Source of the DNA: Faecalimonas sp. LCP19S3_D12
Lineage (GTDB): Bacteria; Bacillota; Clostridia; Lachnospirales; Lachnospiraceae
Length of the DNA stretch: 24,975 bases
NCBI GenBank assembly: GCA_052121495.1
Contig: JBQKED010000046.1
Direction: 5' to 3' (one strand)
Under the pieces are notes generated by a model. The model did not search any database. It was not told the DNA's origin and saw nothing but the letters and a program-made list of their open reading frames with translations. Position numbers and translations under genes: made by a program. Positions 1 to 9,023 of this stretch are shown here, piece after piece (the first letter of the stretch is position 1; every line of letters begins with the position of its first letter).

Positions 1-304
1 CGATTAACCCAGTTAACAATCAAAGATGGGTTGGTAATGCCTTCTTGTAGAGCTAAATCTTGATATGAGATTTCACTTGATAAATACAATTCTACAACAG
101 AAAGCTTTTTTTCGAAAGAATATATATTATTTTTTCGAGAACGCAGTAAACCTTCATCTCCAAAGGTTTGATAATTATGAACCCATTGCTCAATATTTCT
201 TTTAGCAGGAATTCCATATGTTTTAGAAAGATATCCGTATCCACCTTCTCCATTTAAGTATGCCAAAACAACTTTCTTCTTGAATTCAAAAGAATATTTA
301 GACA
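1..304 (-). CDS. IS3-family (IS150-group) transposase OrfA, N-terminal part; the 3' end runs off the window
   Basis: Minus-strand translation from the ATG at 304 gives MSKYSFEFKKKVVLAYLNGEGGYGYLSKTYGIPAKRNIEQWVHNYQTFGDEGLL..., the two-HTH architecture of IS3/IS150 orfA. GGAGG lies 8 nt upstream (rc of 312-316). Confidence 0.75.
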
Positions 305-362
305 TAAAAATACCGACCTCCAATCGTTAGATTTTTAGGTCTAACTTTTGGGGGTCGGTACA
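1..362 (-). mobile_element. IS3-family insertion sequence, left end only. The terminal inverted repeat is inferred to start 5'-TGTACCGACC on the minus strand at 362
   Basis: orfA is present. Upstream of it, read on the minus strand, is TGTACCGACCCCC...GGTCGGTA, with an IS150-like TGTAC terminus and an internal 8-bp inverted repeat. The element ends 27 bp from the histidine kinase stop. Confidence 0.5.
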
Positions 363-388
363 CTTTGCTCTTTTTTATAATAGATATG

Positions 389-1750
389 TCACAACACTCT
401 CTCTGAGTTTCTTAAGAGCAATGACACGGAAAACAGTGCAGCTGTTTTGTGGATAGCTGCTGTGCCGTTCATCAACTGCATCATTTTTTCAGCGCTCTTC
501 AATCCGATCCGATTGCTCTCGACATCAGAAAAATCTTTTTTGATTGCATTTGTAAGATTGATAGAAATGCAGTCAGGAGTATGCTTTACTGAGACAGTTA
601 CCGTATCCTGTTTATCTCCGTATTTGATGATGTTGGAGAACAGATTAGAGAAAACACGTTTCAACATCGTCACGTCGCAGAGAAAAGAGAATGCGCAGTC
701 AGGAAAGGCAAGTTCTGTCTGAAAACCAACCAATTTTAGAAATTCACAGTGCTCCATCAAAATCTGTCTTAACAGAGCGGAATTTTGAGCGTGCAGTTCC
801 AGTGTTTCAGTGGGATCAAATACGAGTGCATACTCAAACATACGATCTGTCATTTCTTTGATATCCGCTGTCTTTTGCAGACAACGGTTTAAGTATTCCT
901 CTTGTTTATCAGGGCGTTTTTGCTGCTTTAAAATTTCCAAATATCCATTCAAAATGGTGAGCGGTGTGCGAAGGTCATGTGACATCGCGGTAATTAAGTC
1001 CTGATTGGCTTTGCGGCTCTCCTGCTCGGACTGTATATTTTCGTCAAAGGCAATGCGGAGGTGATCAAGTTCATGGGAGAGTATTCCGATTTCATTTTTT
1101 TGGTAGTCTGGAAAAGGATGTGACAGATCGCCACCTGCCATCACGAGCACATCGTCTTTTAAGCAAATGATCTGTTTCATTTTCCGGCTGACAAAAAACA
1201 GTACAAGAAAAAGGAACAATCCGATACAGACTACGAGAAGCACCATACAGTATGGATAGAGAAAGAAGGAACTATGGTAAAAAGTAATATGTACCTGTGC
1301 CATTCCGTTTTTAAATTGAATCGGAAAGCTGATAGGGGTTTCGCCTTCGCCGTCTGTCAGAGCATAGCCGAAGTCAAAAAAACTCCGAAACGCATGTTTT
1401 TCCATGGAAATCGGAGTCTTTCCGCACAGAAAAATTCCATCTTCCAAGCGGTAAATGTAAATACCTGTATAGTCATCCACGAGGTCAAAGAAAGGGTGCA
1501 TTTTTTCGCTCGTTTCCTTGTCATCTTCTGATTCGGGAATATCGTATTTGAGTGCCTCCTCATAGAGTGTTCCCCAAAAGGAATCGTCGTTTAGCTGCGG
1601 GTAAAAGCCGAATTTATCGTTCAGATAACCGAAGGTCTCATAGCGTTTTCCCCATAAGAACGAAAAAAGGAAATAGCAGAGTGCTCCGGCGAGTAGTATG
1701 ACAATTGCAAACTGGGTGCGTATTTTACAGTTTTGAAATTTCTTAATCAC
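389..1750 (-). CDS. Two-component sensor histidine kinase. Two TM helices flank a ~140-aa extracytoplasmic domain, followed by HisKA and HATPase_c
   Basis: H-box MSHDLRTPLT. Hydrophobic segments AIVILLAGALCYFLF and CMVLLVVCIGLFLFLVLFFV. The C-terminal ATPase region carries an N-box/G-box-like pattern. The gene overlaps the upstream RR gene by 8 nt (ATG...TGA coupling). Confidence 0.85.
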   Translation of the reverse strand: MIKKFQNCKIRTQFAIVILLAGALCYFLFSFLWGKRYETFGYLNDKFGFYPQLNDDSFWGTLYEEALKYDIPESEDDKETSEKMHPFFDLVDDYTGIYIYRLEDGIFLCGKTPISMEKHAFRSFFDFGYALTDGEGETPISFPIQFKNGMAQVHITFYHSSFFLYPYCMVLLVVCIGLFLFLVLFFVSRKMKQIICLKDDVLVMAGGDLSHPFPDYQKNEIGILSHELDHLRIAFDENIQSEQESRKANQDLITAMSHDLRTPLTILNGYLEILKQQKRPDKQEEYLNRCLQKTADIKEMTDRMFEYALVFDPTETLELHAQNSALLRQILMEHCEFLKLVGFQTELAFPDCAFSFLCDVTMLKRVFSNLFSNIIKYGDKQDTVTVSVKHTPDCISINLTNAIKKDFSDVESNRIGLKSAEKMMQLMNGTAAIHKTAALFSVSLLLRNSERVL

Positions 1751-2444
1751 ATCGATACCCCTTTCCCCAGACCGTTTTGACGATAGTTGGATGATTCGGA
1801 TCCATTTCCACTTTTCTTCTCAGATTCCGAATATGCACTGTTACGGTGTTGTTTGCGCCATAATAGTAAGGTTCGTCCCAAACAGCTTCATAGAGCCGTT
1901 CAGCAGAAAAAAGTTGTTTTCGGTTTTTCACGAGAAGGAGTAACATTCGGTACTCTGTGTCAGTCAGGTCGAGCGGTTTGCCGTCTGATAAGACTTCTTC
2001 TTTTGCTTCGTCAATGGTAAGATGATGGTATTGAAAGGTTGTTTGTGGAGGTAGTGTTTCTTTTTTACCCTTGTAAATGTGATAGCGGCGGATGAGCGCT
2101 TTGACACGGCTGATCAGCTCACTGTAGGAAAATGGTTTGGCGAGATAGTCATCACCTCCGCTTGAAAATCCAAGTGTCTTGTCGCTGTCCTTTGTTTTGG
2201 CGCTCAGAAATAGAATTGGGGCATTTGTTATTTTACGGATTTCCAGACAGGTCTGATATCCGTTAAGTCAAGGCATCATAATGTCTAAAATGATGAGGTC
2301 GAAACAAGTTGTCTGTAAGAGGTTGAGTGCGGTTTTTCCGTCTTTTGATTCTTGTGTTAAAAAGCCCTCACCGGACAGCAGAATCTGTATGATTTCTCGA
2401 ATCTCCGGGTTGTCGTCGACAATCAAAATGTGTGCATTATCCAT
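1743..2444 (-). pseudogene. OmpR-family response regulator (receiver plus winged-helix) interrupted by an in-frame TGA at codon 59 (coordinates 2268-2270)
   Basis: Translation from the ATG at 2444 (RBS GGAGGAAACACC) gives MDNAHILIVDDNPEIREI...DLIILDIMMP*LNGYQTCLEIRKITNAPILFLSAKTKDSDKTLGFSSGGDDYLAKPFSYSELISRVKALIRRY...TVWGKGYRCD. The frame is continuous across the stop, which falls in the conserved D-x-MMP-x-x-x-G receiver loop. The ORF track shows only the 67-aa C-terminal piece. Confidence 0.8.
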
Positions 2445-2582
2445 GGTGTTTCCTCCGTGTTTTGTCTTCTATGCTTATTATAGCGAAAAAATGACAAAAA
2501 TCAGAGAGACTTAAGAAATCTTAAGAATTAGTTGTGTAGTTCCTTAAGATTTTATCTGTAAAATAGACGTGAGGTGAGAAAA

Positions 2583-3539
2583 ATGAATAAAATTAGTATT
2601 GTGATACCTTGCTTTAACGAGGAGGAGGCTCTGCCGGTATATTATGAGGAGATGAGCTGTATTATGAAACAGATGCAAGGAGTAGACTTTGAATTGCTGT
2701 TTGTGGATGATGGATCTTCGGACCGGACACTTGGGCTTATGAAAAGTCTGCATGAGAGGGATGGGCGCTGCAAATATTTATCGTTTTCAAGAAATTTTGG
2801 AAAAGAGGCGGCGATTTATGCGGGACTTAGCAATGCAGAGGGGAATTATGTGGCAATTATGGATGTGGATTTACAGGATCCGCCGAGTCTGCTGCCGGAA
2901 ATGTATCGAACTCTTATTGAAGAGCCGTACGACAGTGTAGCGACAAAGCGGTCTACACGGACGGGAGAACCCAGAATTCGCTCCTTTTTATCCAATCGTT
3001 TTTATAAATTTATCAATAAGATTTCCAAGACAGAGATTGTAAGCGGAGCCAGAGATTACCGATTGATGAAACGCAAAATGGTGGATGCGATTCTGGAGAT
3101 GAGCGAATATAACCGATTCTCGAAGGGCATTTTTGAGTGGGTTGGATTTCGCACAAAATGGATGGAGTTTGAGAATGTAGAACGGTCAGCAGGAGAGACA
3201 AAGTGGTCGCTGCGCAAATTATTTTTCTATTCGTTGGAAGGGATTACAGGGTTTTCGGTTGCCCCGCTTTCCTTGGCGTCCGTTGTCGGAATTTTGTTCT
3301 GTATTCTTTCTTTTTTGATGATTGTGTTTATTATTGTGCGCACGCTCGTGTGGGGGGATCCGGTAGCAGGCTGGCCTTCACTTGTGTGTATCATTTTTAT
3401 GGTGAGCGGAGTGCAACTGCTTTGTACCGGAATTGTTGGGCAGTACTTGTCTAAGACATATTTGGAGACGAAGCACCGTCCGATTTACATATTGAAAGAT
3501 TCCAGCGAGGAGAACCAATATGAACAGGCAGAAGTTTAA
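2583..3539 (+). CDS. GT2-family polyprenyl-phosphate glycosyltransferase (CsbB/GtrB/DPM1-like) with C-terminal TM helices
   Basis: ISIVIPCFNEEEALP...FVDDGSSDRT...IMDVDLQDPP matches the GT-A DxD region. Two C-terminal hydrophobic helices are present. RBS GAGGTGAG at 2570-2577. The ATG at 2583 is preferred over the GTG at 2574. Confidence 0.85.
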   Translation: MNKISIVIPCFNEEEALPVYYEEMSCIMKQMQGVDFELLFVDDGSSDRTLGLMKSLHERDGRCKYLSFSRNFGKEAAIYAGLSNAEGNYVAIMDVDLQDPPSLLPEMYRTLIEEPYDSVATKRSTRTGEPRIRSFLSNRFYKFINKISKTEIVSGARDYRLMKRKMVDAILEMSEYNRFSKGIFEWVGFRTKWMEFENVERSAGETKWSLRKLFFYSLEGITGFSVAPLSLASVVGILFCILSFLMIVFIIVRTLVWGDPVAGWPSLVCIIFMVSGVQLLCTGIVGQYLSKTYLETKHRPIYILKDSSEENQYEQAEV

Positions 3540-6102
3540 ACAAACGATTCCGTATCTGATACTGGGAATGGCCACACTGTTTTTTTGCTGGTTTTTTTGC
3601 GGAAGGTATGGTGTATTTGGCTCGAAGGTAGACTGGATCAGTCAGCACAGCGTACTGCCGGATTATTTCCGGCAGCAGTTTTATAATACAGGACAGCTAT
3701 TTCCGGAGTTTGCAGCGAATATCGGAGGAGGGCAAAATATTTATAACTTTGCCTATTATGGGTTGTATAGCCCTGTTGTTTTGATCTCGTATTTTCTGCC
3801 TTTTGTAAAAATGAGCGATTATATGATGGCTGCAGGCGTTATAAGTCTTTTAGCAGCTGTCTTATTGTTTTATAAATGGTTTTTGCGAAGAGGGATTACG
3901 AGCAGGCTTAGTTTTCTGACGGCGTTGCTTTTTTTATTGTCCGGACCGATGATCTATCATTCTTATAATCAGATTATGTTTGTCAATTATATGCCGTTTT
4001 TGTGTCTGGCATTTTTAGGTGTAGATCGGTGTTTTGAGAAACAGAAAGCAGGACTCTACACGATAAGTGTATTTCTTATGATTCTGACAAGTTTCTACTT
4101 TAGCATAGGTGGAATGTTTGCGCTTGTATTGTATGTTATTTATCGGTATACCGAGGGCAAAGAGAAACTTGGAGAAAATATAAAGATTTTAGGGTTTGTG
4201 TCAGATGGATTTCGCTTCCTTTTACCGATGCTGACGGCAGTTTTGATGAGTGCCGTACTTCTTGTGCCGACGGCGATGGCGCTTGCGGGAGGACGAGAAG
4301 GAGGACATAAGACGGAACTGTCTGCACTTTTGATTCCGGAAATTCCGATTTTCCGGGTTGTATATACGCCGTACGGTATCGGATTGACAACACTTGCAAT
4401 CACGGTTCTGATTACCGGATTGACATATCGGAAGCTATATGAGAAATTTTTGCACATTGCCTGTATCGCTATTTTGACAGTACCTTTGTTTGCCTATTTG
4501 CTCAATGGAGGACTTTATATTCGGGATAAAGTGATGATTCCGTTTTTGCCGCTTTTATGTTATCTGATTGCAACTTATTTGGAAAAGCAAAAACGGCGTG
4601 AGATTTCTTTTTGGGCAGGAGTCTTGCCGTTTTTACTGACAATTGTTTTGGTGTATATGGGACGTGAACAAGGAAAATACTCAGAATATCTGGGCTGGGT
4701 GCTGATGGATGCGCTGGCGATGCTTGTCTGCTATCTTATTTTTTATTGGAAGAAATTCGATTGGGTTCTCATCGCTGTTCCAATTGGCTTTTTGTCGCTG
4801 TATGGAGTGGTGCTGCACAAAAGTGCCGACAAGATGATCGAACCGGCATTTTACGAAGAGGTGACAAATAAGCAGATTCGAACTGAGATTGAGGAGTTGA
4901 CAGAGAAAGAGAACGGATTTTACCGAATGGAGCAAAGCGGCACGACGAGTGAAAATGCCGCAAATTTGAACCGTATCTGGAATATGCAGCAGTATGTATC
5001 ATCGATTTATTCGTCTTCCTACAATGCGGCGTACCAGAAATTTCGAACCGAAACATTTCTGGTGGAACAGCCATTCCGAAATGTATTGATGCAGTCTGTG
5101 ACAGAAAACCCGATTTATCAGAAATTGATGGGGGTAAAATACATTCTTTCTAAACAAGAAATCACAGGGTATCAACAGGAGAAGAAAGTCGGAGATGTGA
5201 CAGTTTATAAAAATGAAGAAGTTCTCCCGATTGCGTATGTGACAAATCAGATGATTTCAGAAAAAGCGTATGAAGATCTGGCATTTCCGTACAGTCAGCT
5301 CGCTTTTTTGCGATTTGCCGTAGGAAAATCAGTAAATGATACAGTGAATCCTAAAGAGGTGTTGAAGAGTCAGGTGAAAGAGACTGGGGCAGAGATTCCG
5401 ATGGAAGATGCGCAGGCGATTGAAAAGATAGAAGATGGGTACCATATTAAGTCAAAAAAAATTCAGAATGTGAAATTAAAAATCAGTGAGGAGGCACAGA
5501 AGGAAGAGATTCTGTTTGTGCAGTTTGAACTAAAAAATTACAAGAGATCCAAGGATGTTTCTGTGTGGCTTGCAGGTGTGAAAAATAAACTAAGCGCAGG
5601 GTCGCATATTTACTATAATGGTAACACAACCTTTACTTATGTGGTAAACCTAAAGGCGGGACAAACGGAAGTGAATCTGGGACTAGGAGCAGGAAATTAT
5701 GAAATCCGAAACCTTCGATGCTATATCGGAAATACTGACGAATCGTTAAAGACGCTGTGCCAAAGCGAATTTAGGGTGGACAGAGCACAGACAAAAGGGA
5801 ACCGAATTGTAGGAAGTGTGGACGGCGTGAAAGATGGGTATCTGATTACATCGATTCCATATGATGAGCATTTTGAAGTGAAGATAGATGGAAAAGACGT
5901 GAAGTATGAAAAAGTCAATACGGCATTTTTAGGAGTAAAGATGCCGGACGGAACACATGAGGTAGAGATTGTGTATCATGCACCGGGATTGAAGATGGGA
6001 AAAGTATTGTCTGTGACGGGCTTGCTGCTCTTGGCGGGAATGATGCTTTGGAACAAGAAAAAGGCGTATAAGCCCCTTGACAAATATCATTTTATGGGGT
6101 AG
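3520..6102 (+). CDS. YfhO-family polytopic membrane protein, the predicted glycosyl-carrier-lipid-dependent transferase partner of CsbB-like GT2s
   Basis: 860 aa. About 13 N-terminal TM segments are followed by a large C-terminal extracytoplasmic domain and one final TM. This matches the size and topology of YfhO. It overlaps the GT2 gene by 20 nt, and RBS GAGGAG sits before the ATG at 3520. Confidence 0.75.
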   Translation: MNRQKFKQTIPYLILGMATLFFCWFFCGRYGVFGSKVDWISQHSVLPDYFRQQFYNTGQLFPEFAANIGGGQNIYNFAYYGLYSPVVLISYFLPFVKMSDYMMAAGVISLLAAVLLFYKWFLRRGITSRLSFLTALLFLLSGPMIYHSYNQIMFVNYMPFLCLAFLGVDRCFEKQKAGLYTISVFLMILTSFYFSIGGMFALVLYVIYRYTEGKEKLGENIKILGFVSDGFRFLLPMLTAVLMSAVLLVPTAMALAGGREGGHKTELSALLIPEIPIFRVVYTPYGIGLTTLAITVLITGLTYRKLYEKFLHIACIAILTVPLFAYLLNGGLYIRDKVMIPFLPLLCYLIATYLEKQKRREISFWAGVLPFLLTIVLVYMGREQGKYSEYLGWVLMDALAMLVCYLIFYWKKFDWVLIAVPIGFLSLYGVVLHKSADKMIEPAFYEEVTNKQIRTEIEELTEKENGFYRMEQSGTTSENAANLNRIWNMQQYVSSIYSSSYNAAYQKFRTETFLVEQPFRNVLMQSVTENPIYQKLMGVKYILSKQEITGYQQEKKVGDVTVYKNEEVLPIAYVTNQMISEKAYEDLAFPYSQLAFLRFAVGKSVNDTVNPKEVLKSQVKETGAEIPMEDAQAIEKIEDGYHIKSKKIQNVKLKISEEAQKEEILFVQFELKNYKRSKDVSVWLAGVKNKLSAGSHIYYNGNTTFTYVVNLKAGQTEVNLGLGAGNYEIRNLRCYIGNTDESLKTLCQSEFRVDRAQTKGNRIVGSVDGVKDGYLITSIPYDEHFEVKIDGKDVKYEKVNTAFLGVKMPDGTHEVEIVYHAPGLKMGKVLSVTGLLLLAGMMLWNKKKAYKPLDKYHFMG

Positions 6103-6105
6103 TAT
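6077..6105 (+). promoter_or_regulatory. Sigma-A type promoter, TTGACA-17-TAGTAT, driving the tyrS leader
   Basis: TTGACA at 6077-6082, a 17-nt spacer, and TAGTAT at 6100-6105. The -10 element overlaps the YfhO stop codon. Confidence 0.6.
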
Positions 6106-6111
6106 TTCCTC

Positions 6112-6397
6112 AGAATAAGAAACGGCGAAGAAAAGAAAAAGTAATAATTGAGACGCCATACAGAAAGCTGCCGGTTGATGAGAGGCGCATGGAAAGTCGA
6201 TTATGAATACATCTTGGAGCTTTGCACCGAACAGTGACATAATTCTAAGTAGGCTGCAACGGGATGGCACACGTTATCGTGCCTGAGTATTGATAGATAC
6301 TTGCAGAGGCGTTTGCTGTGAAGTGAATGCGAATGAAGGTGGTACCGCGGGATTACACTCGCCCTTTATGTTAGATAAGGGGCGGGTTTTTTTATTA
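6112..6397 (+). ncRNA. T-box riboswitch leader (likely tyrosine-specific) with an intrinsic terminator
   Basis: T-box sequence AATGAAGGTGGTACCGCGG at 6332-6350. It is followed immediately by a terminator hairpin CGCCCTT...AAGGGGCG plus a T7 run at 6358-6397. An F-box-like CGTTATCG and a UAC triplet at 6208-6210 lie in the stem I region. Position is upstream of tyrS. Confidence 0.75.
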
Positions 6398-6529
6398 TAG
6401 AAAATTCCTTTGGAATCCTATAATTAAAAAATGCACTTCGTGCAAAGATAATCGCATAGCAAATTACGTGCCATGCGATAAAACGCTCCGAAAAGTAATA
6501 AAACCGACAGACAAGAAGGAGAATGAAAA

Positions 6530-7753
6530 ATGAAAATTTATGATGAATTGAAAGCAAGAGGATTGATTGCGCAGGTAACAGACGAAGAGCTGATCAGCAA
6601 CTTGATTAATGAAGGAAAGGCAACATTTTACATCGGATTTGACCCAACAGCAGACAGCCTTCATGTGGGACATTTTATGGTACTGTGCCTGATGAAACGT
6701 CTTCAGATGGCAGGGAATAAACCAATCGCATTGATCGGGGGAGGAACAGGATACATCGGAGACCCATCTGGAAGAACAGATATGCGGTCTATGATGACTC
6801 CGGAGCAGATTCAGCACAACTGCGACTGCTTTAAAGAGCAGATGAGTAAATTCATTGATTTCTCAGAAGGAAAAGCAATGATGGTAAACAATGCAGACTG
6901 GCTTTTGGATCTGAACTATATTGAATTGCTTCGCGAAGTAGGGGCACACTTTAGCGTGAACCGTATGCTGACAGCAGAGTGCTACAAACAGAGAATGGAA
7001 AAAGGACTGAGTTTCTTAGAGTTTAACTACATGATCATGCAGGCGTATGATTTCTACGCATTGTACCAGAAATACGGATGTAATCTTCAGTTTGGTGGAG
7101 ATGACCAATGGAGCAATATGCTGGCAGGTACAGAATTGATTCGCCGTAAGCTTGGAAAAGATGCAAGTGCGATGACAATCACATTGCTTTTGAACTCTGA
7201 AGGAAAGAAAATGGGAAAAACACAGTCTGGTGCAGTTTGGCTTGACCCGAATAAGACATCACCATTTGAATTTTATCAGTATTGGAGAAATGTCGGAGAT
7301 GCAGATGTTCTGAAATGTATCCGTATGCTTACGTTCCTTCCGTTGGAAGAGATTGACAAGATGGATGCCTGGGAAGGAAGCCAGCTGAATCAAGCAAAAG
7401 AGATTCTCGCATTTGAGTTGACAAAACTTGTTCATGGAGAAGAGGAAGCGACAAAAGCACAGGAAAGTGCAAGAGCATTGTTCTCAAGTGGTGCAGCAGC
7501 AAACATGCCGACAGCAGAACTTACAGAAGAAGATCTTGTGGACGGAAGTATCGACATTTTGACAATGCTTGTAAAGAGCGGATTAGTTCCATCTAAATCT
7601 GAAGCAAGACGTGCTGTAGATCAGGGCGGTGTCGCTGTAGATGGCGAGAAAGTTACTGATATCAAAGCGGTATTTGCAAAAGACGTATTTGCAGGAGAGG
7701 GCATCGTGCTTAGAAGAGGGAAAAAGAATTTTAGAAAAGTAATCATGAAATAA
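6530..7753 (+). CDS. tyrS: Tyrosyl-tRNA synthetase
   Basis: HIGH motif (SLHVGHF), KMSKS-type motif (KKMGKTQSG), and a C-terminal S4-like domain. RBS AAGGAGAATG. Confidence 0.95.
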   Translation: MKIYDELKARGLIAQVTDEELISNLINEGKATFYIGFDPTADSLHVGHFMVLCLMKRLQMAGNKPIALIGGGTGYIGDPSGRTDMRSMMTPEQIQHNCDCFKEQMSKFIDFSEGKAMMVNNADWLLDLNYIELLREVGAHFSVNRMLTAECYKQRMEKGLSFLEFNYMIMQAYDFYALYQKYGCNLQFGGDDQWSNMLAGTELIRRKLGKDASAMTITLLLNSEGKKMGKTQSGAVWLDPNKTSPFEFYQYWRNVGDADVLKCIRMLTFLPLEEIDKMDAWEGSQLNQAKEILAFELTKLVHGEEEATKAQESARALFSSGAAANMPTAELTEEDLVDGSIDILTMLVKSGLVPSKSEARRAVDQGGVAVDGEKVTDIKAVFAKDVFAGEGIVLRRGKKNFRKVIMK

Positions 7754-7816
7754 GGTTCTGAAACATAGACTTATAATAACTGCCTTATGTGGCAGCAGGT
7801 GAAAGGAGTGTATAAG

Positions 7817-8323
7817 ATGGCATTTCAAGAAGTGAAGATAGAAGATCTTTCGTTCAATCCATTTACAAAGATTGGAAAAGAATGGCTTTTGATTACAGCG
7901 GGAAAGGAAGAATCCTATAATACAATGACAGCAAGCTGGGGAGGCGTTGGTGTTATGTGGGGAAAGAATGTGGTAAGTGTTTACATTCGTCCACAGAGAT
8001 ACACGAAAGAGTTCGTAGATCACAATGATCTGTTTACGATTGCATTTTTTGGGGAAAACCATCGTCCGGCGCTCGCTTACTGTGGAAAAATATCCGGAAG
8101 AGACGAGGATAAGGTGAAAAATGCAGGATTGACACCATATTTTACAGATGGAACAGTGGCGTTTGAAGAGGCGGATATGATTATGGTCTGCAAAAAACAG
8201 TACCATCAAGAGATGCGTCCGGAATGTTTTGATGTCAAAGAGAATGATGCAAGATGGTATCCGGAAAAAGATTATCATACAATGTATATGGCTGAAATTG
8301 TGAAGGTACTTGTAAAGGAATAA
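7817..8323 (+). CDS. Flavin reductase-like (FMN-binding split-barrel) domain protein
   Basis: AFQEVKIEDLSFNPFTKIGKEWLLITAG...TASWGG...VSVYIRPQRYT is the Flavin_Reduct pattern. RBS AAAGGAG at 7802-7808 favours the ATG at 7817 over 7787. Confidence 0.65.
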   Translation: MAFQEVKIEDLSFNPFTKIGKEWLLITAGKEESYNTMTASWGGVGVMWGKNVVSVYIRPQRYTKEFVDHNDLFTIAFFGENHRPALAYCGKISGRDEDKVKNAGLTPYFTDGTVAFEEADMIMVCKKQYHQEMRPECFDVKENDARWYPEKDYHTMYMAEIVKVLVKE

Positions 8324-8352
8324 AGGATTGTCAAAAAAATAAGGGGTATAGA

Positions 8353-8871
8353 ATGAAAACACTGACAAAGGATATGAAGATTTTTTTGTATCGCACAGAA
8401 CCGTTAAATGGTCTGGAGGGAGATGACGGTGGCTTCTCGATTGAACTTTACGGAAACGGAAATCTTAGGTACTGTGTATACAGGCTTTTCGATGATATTA
8501 GACTGCTTCAGATGTTCAAAGTAAGCAAAGAGACTGTATATAGTATATATGGAATTATCGAAAAAGCAAGGAAACGCTTAGAAATAATACCGGAGAAACT
8601 AGATAATGGTTCTGGGGATGGGATGCTGAACGAGTTTTTGTTTGGAGATTTCTGCTGGGTGACAGCGATAAATATCCGAGAAGTATTTGTAAAAGGGATG
8701 ATATTAACGAATTATTCCTATTATCAGAAATACAAAGAAAATATGAAACATGAGAACACAGTTTTAGGTGTATTCAAGGAGATTTGTAAAGTATTGAAAG
8801 AAGCAGGGGTTGAGCTTTCTTTGGAGTCTTGCGAAGTCTGGAAAGACTGTAAACTGAAAGTAACGTGGTAG
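8353..8871 (+). CDS. Hypothetical protein with no recognisable domain
   Basis: A clean 172-aa ORF with RBS AAGGGG, followed by a bidirectional terminator. Confidence 0.5.
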   Translation: MKTLTKDMKIFLYRTEPLNGLEGDDGGFSIELYGNGNLRYCVYRLFDDIRLLQMFKVSKETVYSIYGIIEKARKRLEIIPEKLDNGSGDGMLNEFLFGDFCWVTAINIREVFVKGMILTNYSYYQKYKENMKHENTVLGVFKEICKVLKEAGVELSLESCEVWKDCKLKVTW

Positions 8872-8924
8872 TAAATATGACCGTTGCGGTGCTGGTTGTA
8901 TTCTCAGGAGTTCCCGGCGGACAA

Positions 8925-8975
8925 GAATAGAAACAGCTATGAAGCAGTTTGACGCTGCTCCATAGCTGTTTTGTC
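8925..8975. terminator. Bidirectional rho-independent terminator between convergent genes
   Basis: A 15-bp stem, ACAGCTATGAAGCAG/CTGCTCCATAGCTGT, with one mismatch and a 7-nt loop. It is flanked by TTTTG on the plus side and TTCTATTC on the minus side. Confidence 0.75.
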
Positions 8976-9023
8976 ATGTCTTGCATTTTTAAATAGTTGA
9001 TTCAATACAAGTTTTCGCAGATT

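Noticed and set aside
447-1531. Several 60-90 aa plus-strand ORFs inside the histidine kinase gene (447..722, 810..1004, 1274..1531). Similar antisense ORFs lie in YfhO, GH13, the integrase, the primase and the relaxase
   Set aside because: They are antisense to long, motif-supported genes. They have no RBS and low-complexity translations, typical of spurious shadow ORFs.
2574-2582. GTG start at 2574 for the GT2 gene, and the upstream extension to 24908 for the Rrf2 gene
   Set aside because: In both cases an ATG further in (2583 and 24857) is preceded by a well-spaced Shine-Dalgarno sequence and gives the conserved family N-terminus. The extensions add non-conserved residues.
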